Assembly: GCA_963833985.1 (NCBI GenBank)
Contig: CAWIAD010000001.1
Location: 2,720,001 to 2,784,000, forward strand
Direction of reading: 5' to 3'
DNA from: an uncultured Planctomycetaceae bacterium
Lineage (GTDB): Bacteria > Planctomycetota > Planctomycetia > Isosphaerales > Isosphaeraceae
DNA: 64,000 bases
Of this stretch, positions 9,554 to 18,283 are shown piece after piece (the stretch's first letter is position 1; every line of letters starts with the position of its first letter). Under the pieces are notes generated by a model that saw only the letters and a list, made by a program, of their open reading frames with translations, was not told the origin of the DNA and did no database searches. A program made the position numbers and the translations under genes.

Positions 9554-9774
9554 GGTCCGGCTCCGTCGTGACGGGAGTCATAGTGCGAACAACAGCATTC
9601 TACCATCGCTTCGCTCCACCCGGGAGACGCACGGCGCACTCGCTCTCTTGCATCCCGCAACGCGGGCGGCCCCATATCTCCGTTACAAATCTGCCTCCGC
9701 CGGGCGTGAGGTACGCTCTCCCAACGCAGGCAGGTGGTGAGACTGTAAGCAGAAACGACTCAGAGTAGACACTG

Positions 9775-9816
9775 GGGGCCACCTACGCCTCGGGATCGCG
9801 GTGCGTGGGTGGCCCC
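9775..9816. repeat. 42-nt REP-like hairpin; may also terminate the DUF6717 gene
   Basis: GGGGCCACCTACGC-N14-GCGTGGGTGGCCCC, 14-bp stem with one G-T pair. Confidence 0.7.
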
Positions 9817-9839
9817 GTCTGATCGCGTCTGATTGCCCT

Positions 9840-10202
9840 TTACGAGCAACGCTCGACACGGACATGAAGGTTGTCCGGGGCCGTATCGAAGTACCGGAAC
9901 AATGCGGGGCAGAGCCAACCTTGAGCCTTGGTCACCGATTCCTCATACCAGTTGCCGCCTCCCTCTTCCTTGACTCGCCTGGCGGTTAGCTGGTGGCCAG
10001 GGAACGGGATGGCAGAAAAAATCAGGCGAAAGCCCTTTTCAGCCTCCTCGATTGGGATACCTTGCTGTACCAGGAGGGCTTCCAGGATCTCGGGCACGCC
10101 TGCCACAAATGGTTCCCGCACAAGACCTGTCCGGTCGTCGTCGAAGACCCACAAGCCCTCCCATCTGTAGGGCTTCACGACCATGATGCTATTCTGATGC
10201 AT
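9840..10202 (-). CDS. DUF6717-like family protein
   Basis: NSIMVVKPYRWEGLWVFDD..GLVREPFVAG, FRLIFSAIPFPG and GWLCPALFRYF; family recognised from memory. Confidence 0.75.
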   Translation of the reverse strand: MHQNSIMVVKPYRWEGLWVFDDDRTGLVREPFVAGVPEILEALLVQQGIPIEEAEKGFRLIFSAIPFPGHQLTARRVKEEGGGNWYEESVTKAQGWLCPALFRYFDTAPDNLHVRVERCS

Positions 10203-10391
10203 CGCTGGATCCGCCTGAAATCAGTACCTCGCCGTCAGGCGTCGTACCCAGTTACGACGGACCTGGACCCATTGTTGCCGCTCTCTCCGGCTGCCAGGTT
10301 GAGGGCTTATTGACCTCTTGAGACTTGTCCTATGTCCGCTGCCCTGTGAATACGTATGTCCTTCCAGAATCTTACGGGATGAGGATCGGAC

Positions 10392-10433
10392 GGGGCCATC
10401 TACTCTCGCGCAGCGCAGGACGTGGCTGGCCCC
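10392..10433. repeat. 42-nt REP-like hairpin, second well-formed copy
   Basis: GGGGCCATCTAC-N18-GTGGCTGGCCCC; same length as the 9775 copy, 30/42 identical, both followed by RTCTG. Confidence 0.65.
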
Positions 10434-10449
10434 ATCTGTCGACTCTCGA

Positions 10450-12120
10450 TTAACGACGTCCGTGACGTCCCATCCGGCGAAACCCGTGCCGGACGATTCC
10501 CGCAGTGGTCAAGGTCGGCGATGGGGATGACGTGCTCGAGGGTGTCGATGCGGTGGTCGTCGATGACGAGGATGGGAAAGTGACCGGCGTGGTACCGGAG
10601 GCGGACGTGGCCGTGGAGGCGGGGACGGGGGCGGTGCTCTTCAGGTTGGTCATGTCCGTCTGGATGGCCGCCTTGTCGGCGGCGATCGTCGACAATTCGG
10701 TCGAGGTGATCTTCGAGTCAGTCATCGTCTGGGTCAGGTCAGTAAAAGTCTGGCTGATCGTGTTCGAGCTCACCGATGTTCCGTTGAAGAGCGCCGTGAA
10801 ATCGCTCTGGGCCTGCGTGGTGTCCGCGCCCGAGGCTACCGCCGTGGCCAGCTCGGAGATTGCCTTTGCCAGTGCTGTCTGGTCGACAGTCGTTCCGGTC
10901 TGGGCAATCGCCAGAGCGTCGGCATTCAGCTTGGTCAAATCGGCGGCCGTCACGCCCGAGGCGCTCGCCACGGTCTTGAGGTCGGTCTGGAGCTTCTGGG
11001 TATCCGTCTGAAGCTGCGTCGCGGCCGTGCTGGTGGTTGAGCTTGTGCTTTGGGGCAAGCCGCTCAAGCCGCCGGCACCTCCCGCACTCAGGACGTCGCC
11101 GCCGGCCAGCCCCACTCCTGTGCCCGAGAGGACACCCAGATCACCCAGGTTCTGAACGAACCCGCCGCCACCGGGCAGGCCCATCGGCGAGCTGGCCTCA
11201 AGTATCGTCTGGTCCTTCTGCACGGCCGCCTGATCGGCGGTGATACCGGAGAGCTGCGCCGAGGTGATCTTGGAATCGGTGATCGTCTGGGTCAGGTCAG
11301 TGAAGGCCTTGTCGACGGTCGTGGAGCTGACCGACGAGCCGCTGAAGAGGGCGGTGAAATCGGTCTGAGCCTGCGCGGTGCTGGCGCCGGAGGTGATGGC
11401 GGTGGCCAGTTCGGTCATCACCTTCTGGAGCGCAGTCGGGTCAATCTGAGCCCCGGCTTGCATGATGGCCTGGTCATCCGAAGTCAGCTTATTCCAGTCG
11501 GCAACCGTAACGCCCGATGACGTCGCGACAGCCTGGATGTCGGTCTGGAGCTTCTGCAAATCCGTCTGAAGCTGGGTCGCCTGAGAGCTGGATGCAGCCG
11601 TGTCCGGCGCCATTACCTGAGCACCACCTCCCGATGGGGCGCCAGTCACACCGATGGACGCCAGGCTGCCCATCAGGCTGCCGCCTCCGATTTCCGCCAT
11701 GCCGCCGACAGGGGCTCCCATGCCACTTGAAAGCGTCACCGGCCCTCCCATGCCGTCCGCGATACTGAGCGACCCTGCCATCCCTCCTGCGATCGCGACC
11801 GGCCCCCCCATTCCACCCGAGATTGCCTGCGACGCCCCGCCACCTGCGGGAGCAGTGACCTGTCCTCCCATTGCCCCCGAAAGTCCAAGCCCTCCGATGT
11901 CTGCGCCGCCTCCGAAGCCGCCGGAGCCACCCATCTCTCTGGCACGCATGAGGACTGGCATCGCACCGCCGATGCCGCCACCGAAACCAGACATCACCAC
12001 TCGGCCTTCAAGCTGCTCGCAGGTCCGTTCCGCCCGTAATGATCTCTTCTTGCGACGATTCCGGGCCGCTTCGCGTGCGTCGGAAAGCGGACCACTCAGG
12101 TCGAACAGGCGTGACGCCAT
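10450..12120 (-). CDS. secreted/surface planctomycete protein with LEGR-type N-terminal motif, Gly/Met-rich repeats and two helical repeats of about 125 aa
   Basis: RRKKR..CEQLEGRVVMS motif; G-rich RBS before ATG 12120; duplicated ATQLQTD(L/T)QKLQTD...AQ(T/S)DFTALF.G.SVSS domain. Confidence 0.8.
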   Translation of the reverse strand: MASRLFDLSGPLSDAREAARNRRKKRSLRAERTCEQLEGRVVMSGFGGGIGGAMPVLMRAREMGGSGGFGGGADIGGLGLSGAMGGQVTAPAGGGASQAISGGMGGPVAIAGGMAGSLSIADGMGGPVTLSSGMGAPVGGMAEIGGGSLMGSLASIGVTGAPSGGGAQVMAPDTAASSSQATQLQTDLQKLQTDIQAVATSSGVTVADWNKLTSDDQAIMQAGAQIDPTALQKVMTELATAITSGASTAQAQTDFTALFSGSSVSSTTVDKAFTDLTQTITDSKITSAQLSGITADQAAVQKDQTILEASSPMGLPGGGGFVQNLGDLGVLSGTGVGLAGGDVLSAGGAGGLSGLPQSTSSTTSTAATQLQTDTQKLQTDLKTVASASGVTAADLTKLNADALAIAQTGTTVDQTALAKAISELATAVASGADTTQAQSDFTALFNGTSVSSNTISQTFTDLTQTMTDSKITSTELSTIAADKAAIQTDMTNLKSTAPVPASTATSASGTTPVTFPSSSSTTTASTPSSTSSPSPTLTTAGIVRHGFRRMGRHGRR

Positions 12121-12608
12121 TGATTCCCCCCTTCCTTGAATCCACGTGCGGGACGTGTAGCGCCCAAATCCAGGATCTGAGCTTGGGCGGTCGAGGACTC
12201 CTTCCTCTTCCACCTAACGAACGGGAGACGGGCACGCCAAGCGCGCGCGGTTCAGGGGGAGAAAGAGCCTGAAATGGAAAAGGCCATCAATCCCACTATT
12301 TTCAAGGGTTTTCTCAAGAAAACGCCACCTTGAGTCGACGCGGCTCACGACCTGGGACGGCCCGAGCGGTTCGCACGCGGTGCCTGCCGAAATGCTCGGC
12401 CGGCGCGTCCCCAGCGCCGTCGCGGAATATCCCGGCCAGGGCAGCATCACACTGTCCGGTTCCTCTGCCGTTGCCGGCCCCGACCCGAACTGCGAGTCCT
12501 GATCAAATCGCAGCGCCACATCATCGCTGCGCCTGAAACCGAGGTCGCTGTGCGAGTGCTCGAGCTTGCCCGCAACGCGCGCCGTCGCGCGGGCGGAACG
12601 GAACTCAT

Positions 12609-13294
12609 GCGCTCACACCCGCGCCAGGCTTTCGCCGTGGCGGGGGAGGGGGACGACCGCGGCGCGGAAGGGCTCGGCGGCGAGGCGGATCCGCACGTCC
12701 CAGCGACCCGTCTCATCGGCCGTGACGTGCCAGTGGGGGACGACGGCCGAGGACTGGTAAACGCCCTCGAAGCCTCCCTCGCTCTGGCTCACCGTCTCGA
12801 TGGGGTAGCACCAGAGACCCCCCGGACGCGACCAGGAGAGGCCCACCGCGAGGTCCAGCCACTCGTCCGTGAGCGACAGGCCCTCGGTGTGCGGCGCGTC
12901 GATACGCGCATCGAGCATTCCCAGCCGGGCGCCCTGCGTGTCGGAATAGTAGCGGTCCGTCGCATGCCCGGCCATGGCCGCCAGGTTGAGCTCAACGGCA
13001 AAGTGCAAGCAGACGCCGGGGGGCAGATCGAGAAGCTCGTAATGCACGTCCAGGGCCGGCGCTCCGGCAGCCAGAGCGATCGATTTCTTGATCCGGATGG
13101 CGTGGCCGGAGGCCATTCCCGGGCGCTCCATCGCCAGCAGCACGCGCCTGGAGTCGCGCTGGGCACGCGCCAGGTAAGTACCCGTGACAAAGTCTCCGCG
13201 CTCCACATCGCCACACGCCGCCAGGTCTTCCAGCGTCACGTCGACAGGGTAGAAGTGATCCACGAGCGCCTTGCGCGGATGGCGATCGTAGACA
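12609..13294 (-). pseudogene. 5'-truncated duplicate of the 3' 686 bp of the GH57 glucanotransferase gene
   Basis: Matches 14762-15447 at offset 2153 with 8 nt differences; lacks the catalytic GH57 N-terminus. Confidence 0.92.
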
Positions 13295-13392
13295 CGCGGC
13301 GGCTATGAGGACATCCTCCGCGGTCGCGTTGCGGAGGCGACGGGCGATTCGAATGCAGATGATGACACGACCGCGCGCAATCACGCCACGCC

Positions 13393-13421
13393 TTGGCAAC
13401 GCCACCTCGCTGTGCTATTCT
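13393..13421 (+). promoter_or_regulatory. putative sigma70 promoter of the TA operon
   Basis: TTGGCA-N17-TATTCT with TG just upstream of the -10; AGGAG/GGAG RBS before ATG 13446. Confidence 0.55.
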
Positions 13422-13445
13422 GAAAATCGAAGGAGATACCGGAGC

Positions 13446-13757
13446 ATGACGATTCGTTTACCCGACCATCTCCAACGATATGTCCACGACCAGGTCGAGG
13501 CGGGTCACTTCCGCAGCGAGGACGATGTGATCCTCGATGCCCTGGAGCGGCACCGTCAAGCTCAGCAGCAGCCCTCCCCGCCGGCCATTCGCCCCGACAA
13601 GCTCAGCAGCCAGGAGGTGCAACAACGCTTGTTCGACGCCGGCCTCATCAGCGAAATCAGGCCGCCGATCACCGACCTTGCCCTCTACCAAAACCGCCGG
13701 GCTATCCCCATCCAGGGTGAGCCCATCTCCGCAACCGCACTCCGCGAGCGGCGTTAA
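13446..13757 (+). CDS. type II antitoxin with ribbon-helix-helix (ParD/CopG-like) N-terminus
   Basis: MTIRLPDHLQRYVHDQVEAGHFRSEDDVILDAL; C-terminal GEPIS...RERR; 2 bp upstream of the PIN toxin. Confidence 0.85.
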   Translation: MTIRLPDHLQRYVHDQVEAGHFRSEDDVILDALERHRQAQQQPSPPAIRPDKLSSQEVQQRLFDAGLISEIRPPITDLALYQNRRAIPIQGEPISATALRERR

Positions 13758-13759
13758 CG

Positions 13760-14209
13760 GTGCCGGAATTCTTTCTCGACACCAGCGCGGCCTTGAAGCG
13801 ATACGTCCTGGAACCCGGCACTCCTTGGGTACAGGCACTGGCCGCACCCGCGGCTGGTCATTCCCTCATCATCGTACGAATCACCCTGGCCGAGACCGCC
13901 GCCGCCATCACCCGGCGGGAGCGGGACGGCTCGATCACGCCCATGGACGCCGCGACCGCACTGGCCGACTTCCAGCTCGATTTCGCGCGCCAGTACTTCA
14001 TCATCGAGGTGTCTGCTCCCCTGGTAGACCAGGCCGCCACCCTGGTGAGAAAGCACGGGCTGCGGGGCTATGACGCCGTGCAGCTTGCAGCAGCCCTAGA
14101 AACGCAGGCTCGGCTCCCAACGCTGACGCTGCTTTCGTCCGACGTTGAGCTCAATGCCGCCGCGTTGGCCGAGGGCCTGGCCGTTGACGATCCCAGCAGC
14201 CATCCCTGA
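13760..14209 (+). CDS. vapC: VapC family PIN-domain toxin
   Basis: FFLDTSAALKRY..E, ITLAE, LRGYDAVQLAAA and SSDVELNAAA carry the PIN acidic residues. Confidence 0.92.
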   Translation: MPEFFLDTSAALKRYVLEPGTPWVQALAAPAAGHSLIIVRITLAETAAAITRRERDGSITPMDAATALADFQLDFARQYFIIEVSAPLVDQAATLVRKHGLRGYDAVQLAAALETQARLPTLTLLSSDVELNAAALAEGLAVDDPSSHP

Positions 14210-14379
14210 TCGTCTGGTCGTGCATCGATCAGAGATCTAATTCCCGTGTTCTCTGGCAGTTTTTAGGAGGGCTGTGAACAAGGGACCGAGAAGGGCAAGG
14301 GCCGGGAACAGGCCGCACTTCCTGCGGCATACAAGCATACCAGGACGGACATAAATGGAACCTTGACCCGGGAGGTGGC

Positions 14380-14630
14380 CTACAACCCTTCCTCAGAGAT
14401 GAAGGTATCGTCGGCCTCCACCTCGCACTCAGCGAGGAACTCGCGATCAATGAAGTCGTCGCGGGGTCACGTTCGCTCAATCGACTGCTGGTCCCGGGTG
14501 CTATCCTTGCGGGAATTCAAGATATGGTCCCGATGAGACTTTGAATGTACCGGCCGGGATCGCTCGCTCTCTCGGGACTGCTCAATGAGCCTGTTCTGCG
14601 TCAGGCTTTAGTACGATGCGGATGGTGATT
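14380..14630 (-). pseudogene. degenerate antitoxin-like remnant
   Basis: Frame-broken fragments ITIRIVLKPDAE / RLIEQSRES / DPGRYIQSLI / DFIDREFLAECEVEADDTFISEE resemble planctomycete RHH antitoxins (recall-based). Confidence 0.35.
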
Positions 14631-14765
14631 GGCTGCCTCTCGTTTGATCACGCACCGGTGAGCCTACCCGAATGGCCACATCCTGCCCGTGTCACTTCTC
14701 TCTCCCGGAGGAACAGGGCGTACCATGTGGTTCGCAAGGTCCCACACCGGATCAGAGAAGCGCGC

Positions 14766-16960
14766 TCACACCCGCGCGAGGCTTTCGCCGTGGCGGGGGA
14801 GGGGGACGACCGCGGCGCGGAAGGGCTCGGCGGCGAGGCGGATCCGCACGTCCCAGCGACCCGTCTCATCGGCTGTGACGTGCCAGTGGGGGACGACGGC
14901 CGAGGACTGGTAAACGCCCTCGAAGCCTCCCTCGCTCTGGCTCACCGTCTCGATGGGGTAGCACCAGAGACCCCCCGGACGCGACCAGGAGAGGCCCACC
15001 GCGAGGTCCAGCCACTCGTCCGTGAGCGACAGGCCCTCGGTGTGCGGCGCGTCGATGCGCGCATCGAGCATGCCCAGCCGGGCGCCCTGCGTGTCGGAAT
15101 AGTAGCGGTCCGTCGCATGCCCGGCCATGGCCGCCAGGTTGAGCTCAACGGCAAAGTGCAAGCAGACGCCGGGGGGCAGATCGAGAAGCTCGTAATGCAC
15201 GTCCAGGGCCGGCGCTCCGGCAGCCAGAGCGATCGATTTCTTGATCCGGATGGCGTGGCCGGAGGCCATTCCCGGGGCATCCATCGCCAGCAGCACGCGC
15301 CTGGAGTCGCGCTGGGCACGCGCCAGGTAAGTGCCCGTGACAAAGTCTCCGCGCTCCACATCGCCACACGCCGCCAGGTCTTCCAGCGTCACGTCGACAG
15401 GGTAGAAGTGATCCACGAGCGCCTTGCGCGGATGGCGATCGTAGACAAGCATCCGGTCCAGGCCCTCCTGCTTGAGGACGACGCGGTCGTGGATGCTCGC
15501 CGGCCCATTCGTCGCGGCGTGCTCGTCTTGCTTCGCGTGGATGGCCTCGGCGATGGCCCGGTGATAGGCCTCGGGCCGGCGGTCGAGCGTCGCCAGTACG
15601 TTGACGGCCGCCTGCCGCACATCCAGCTCGTAGAGATGCCCGCCCTGCGCAGGTCTGATGAAGGCGACCAGGTTCTCGTTCTCGAGCAGCACTTCCTGGC
15701 GGGCGTCCAGGTTGAAGTCGGCTGCCTCGAGCGAGACGTGCGGCGCGGCTTTTCCGCCGGCCTCATCCAGTGCATTGTGAGCGTTGATCAGGCTGCGATA
15801 GATCGCGTTGCGGAGATGCGGCAAGTAGAGCCCGCCGAAGGCGCCATGCCAGTACGGGCAGTTGCACTGCCCGCGGTAAAGCTCGCGGCGCGCGATTTCC
15901 AGGTAATCCGGATCGGCACCGTCGCGGGCCGAAACCTCCGCCAGCCGGCGCGAGACGCCGAGCATGCGGGCGTACATCTCGTCGCTCTCGGGGTAGCGCG
16001 CCTTGAAGTTCCGCCAGAACCCGCCGGCGCGGAAGAACGGCCTGAGCGGCTCGGCCAGCTCACTGGCGGCCACGCGGGCCTTCGTCTGCTCGTAGTCCTG
16101 ATGCAAGCCGGCGGGAAGCACCCACTCGGTCATCTCGCGGTAGGAGCCGTCCGGGATGTAGACCTTTCCCTGGGGAAGCGTCGAGTCCACAGCGCGCCGA
16201 GCGTCGTCACCTCCAGCCAGTCGCGATTGGCCACCAGCATGTCGCAGAAATGACGCAGCCAGCCGTGGGTGTAGACATGGTCAAACGTATCGGGCCAGGT
16301 GCCAAACTTCTCACCGTCGTCGGCGAAGACCACGGTGGCGCCCGGGCGGCGATCGGCCAGGCGGCGGAGGAACTCGTAGGTGGCGTGCGGCTCCTGGAAC
16401 GGCACGGTGTAGCGGAGGGTTTCCGAGCCTGGGAAAACCTTGAGCAGCCGGCCCTCGTCCTCGGTGAGGTAGTAGCCGAAGAGGTCGTCGCCGCGCACGG
16501 CGGATCGCTGGAAGTGGAAGTCGTCGAGGATGGTGAACTCGATGCCCGCCTCGGCGACGGCCGCCACCAGGTGCTGCTCCCAGACCCGCTCGGGAACCCA
16601 CATGCCGCGGACCTTCGTGGGGAAGAGCTGTTCCAGGTAAGCCGAATAGTCGCGGATCTGCCCCACGCGGTCGCGGTGCGGGATCATCGTCATGATCGGC
16701 TCGTAGAACCCGCCGCCGAGGATCTCGACCCTGCCCGCTTCCACCAGCCCGCGCACCAGTGCGATGTACTCGGGATGGTGCTCGACCAGCCATTCAAGAA
16801 GCGGACCGGAGGTGTGCAGCGAGAAGGGGATCTCCGGGTAGCTCCCGAGCACCTCCAGGAACGGCGCGTAACTTTCGCGATAGGCCGCCTCGAAGACGCC
16901 GTCGAAGTTGCCGACGGGCTGGTGGTTGTGGAGCGCGAGGATCAGGCGCACGGTGGACAT
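14766..16960 (-). CDS. GH57 alpha-amylase / 4-alpha-glucanotransferase with C-terminal beta-sandwich (DUF1925/DUF1926-like); frameshift near 16195
   Basis: LALHNHQPVGNF, GMWVPERVWE, ADDGEKFG, SYREMTEW, YRGQCNCPYWHGAFGGLYLPHLR and SQSEGGFE; two track ORFs join with one added base. Confidence 0.92.
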
Positions 16961-17190
16961 AGAGACGCCTCATGTGAGCCCAGGGCCGCCCGATGCCACT
17001 GACGGTGCGCTCGGCCACGCCGATACCGGGAACGGGAGCCGGGTTGTCATGATGGATTATCGCCCAAGCCGACCGTGAACCCAAGCCCGCTTTGGCCAGC
17101 GCCCGTTCCGGGCGGGACGGTTGGTCGCTGAGCGTCGACCTTGCAGAGGACAGAAGCAGTAGGGAGCGGCCTTCCGCCTCACCCGCCGGT

Positions 17191-18270
17191 TCACGAGGCA
17201 TGAACGGGCGTGGCGGGCAGCCGGCTGGCGCCTCCGCGGTCGAACAGGGGCAGGGGCGGGAACGAGGCTCCCACCTCGACCTCCCGCAGGAAAGCGGCCG
17301 CATCCTCGGGGGGAACCGGGTTGATGTAAAAACCCGAGCCCCACTCGAAGCCCGCCACCTTGTTGAGCCGCGGGATCACCTCGATATGCCAGTGGTAGTG
17401 CGGCAGTTCCACATGGTCAAAGGGCGCGGTGTGAATGATGTAGTTGTACGAAGGCCGGTCGAGTGCCAGCTCCAGCTTGTTGAGCACCTGGTGCAGCACG
17501 TGCGCCAGGTCATCAACGCCCGGCTTGGGAATGTTCTCGAAGTGGCTGGCGTGGTTCCGTGGCAGGATCCAGGTCTCGAACGGGAAGCGGCTGGCAAACG
17601 GGCAAAACGCGGTGAAGTGCGTGGAATCAAAGACGATGCGCTTCTCGACGGCCAGCTCCTGCTGCACCATGTCGCAGAAGATACAGCGCCCGCGATAGTT
17701 GTAAAACTCGAGCGCGCCGGTCATCTCTTCCCAGACGGAAACCGGCACGATGGGCGTGACGATGAGCTGGCTGTGGCTGTGGTCGAGGCCGGCCCCGCCA
17801 CCCTCGCCGACGTTCTTGAACAGCATGCCGTGGACCAGGCGGGAGTCTTTCTTGAGGTCGACGAGCCGGTCGCGGTAGACCCAGAGCACCTCGCGGATAT
17901 TCTCCTCGCTCAGGGTCGCCATGCTGGTATGGTGGCGTGGGCTCTCGATGATCACCTCATGGGCGCCGATGCCGGCCATCATGTCGTAGATGCCGTCGCC
18001 GCGCTTGTTCAGGTTGCCTTCGATCTTCAAGGCTGGGAACCGGTTGGGGACCACGCGAATGCGCCAGCCGGGTCCATTGGGCCGGCTGCCGAACTCTCGG
18101 TAAGCGATGATCTCCGGCGGTGTCTTGTCTTCCTGGCCCTCGCAGAAGGGGCAGGCCCGGGGCTCGCCGGAGCTCTGGCCCTCGGCCTTGAAGTCGTACG
18201 GCCGCTTGGCGCGCTCGTTGGCGATGATCACCCACCGGCCCACGATCGGATCTTTTCTCAGCTCAGGCAT
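17191..18270 (-). CDS. galT: galactose-1-phosphate uridylyltransferase-family (GalT/HIT) nucleotidyltransferase
   Basis: [44 protein letters not shown] active site and [10 protein letters not shown]. Confidence 0.9.
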   Translation of the reverse strand: MPELRKDPIVGRWVIIANERAKRPYDFKAEGQSSGEPRACPFCEGQEDKTPPEIIAYREFGSRPNGPGWRIRVVPNRFPALKIEGNLNKRGDGIYDMMAGIGAHEVIIESPRHHTSMATLSEENIREVLWVYRDRLVDLKKDSRLVHGMLFKNVGEGGGAGLDHSHSQLIVTPIVPVSVWEEMTGALEFYNYRGRCIFCDMVQQELAVEKRIVFDSTHFTAFCPFASRFPFETWILPRNHASHFENIPKPGVDDLAHVLHQVLNKLELALDRPSYNYIIHTAPFDHVELPHYHWHIEVIPRLNKVAGFEWGSGFYINPVPPEDAAAFLREVEVGASFPPLPLFDRGGASRLPATPVHAS

Positions 18271-18283
18271 CGATCTGGTCCTT

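Larger units (their letters stand above)
8141..9674. repeat. 749-bp direct repeat (8141-8889 and 8926-9674) separated by a 36-bp unique spacer
   Basis: Direct comparison at a constant offset of 785; each unit holds the whole Uma2 gene plus about 120 bp of upstream sequence. Confidence 0.95.

Noticed and set aside
8847..10437. Hairpins as integron attC sites
   Set aside because: No RYYYAAC/GTTRRRY ends, shorter than typical attC sites, and no integron integrase in the window.
12613..13263. Duplicated GH57 tail as an independently expressed 216-aa protein
   Set aside because: It starts at an internal GTG without an evident RBS and homology begins mid-gene. Expression cannot be excluded but is unsupported.
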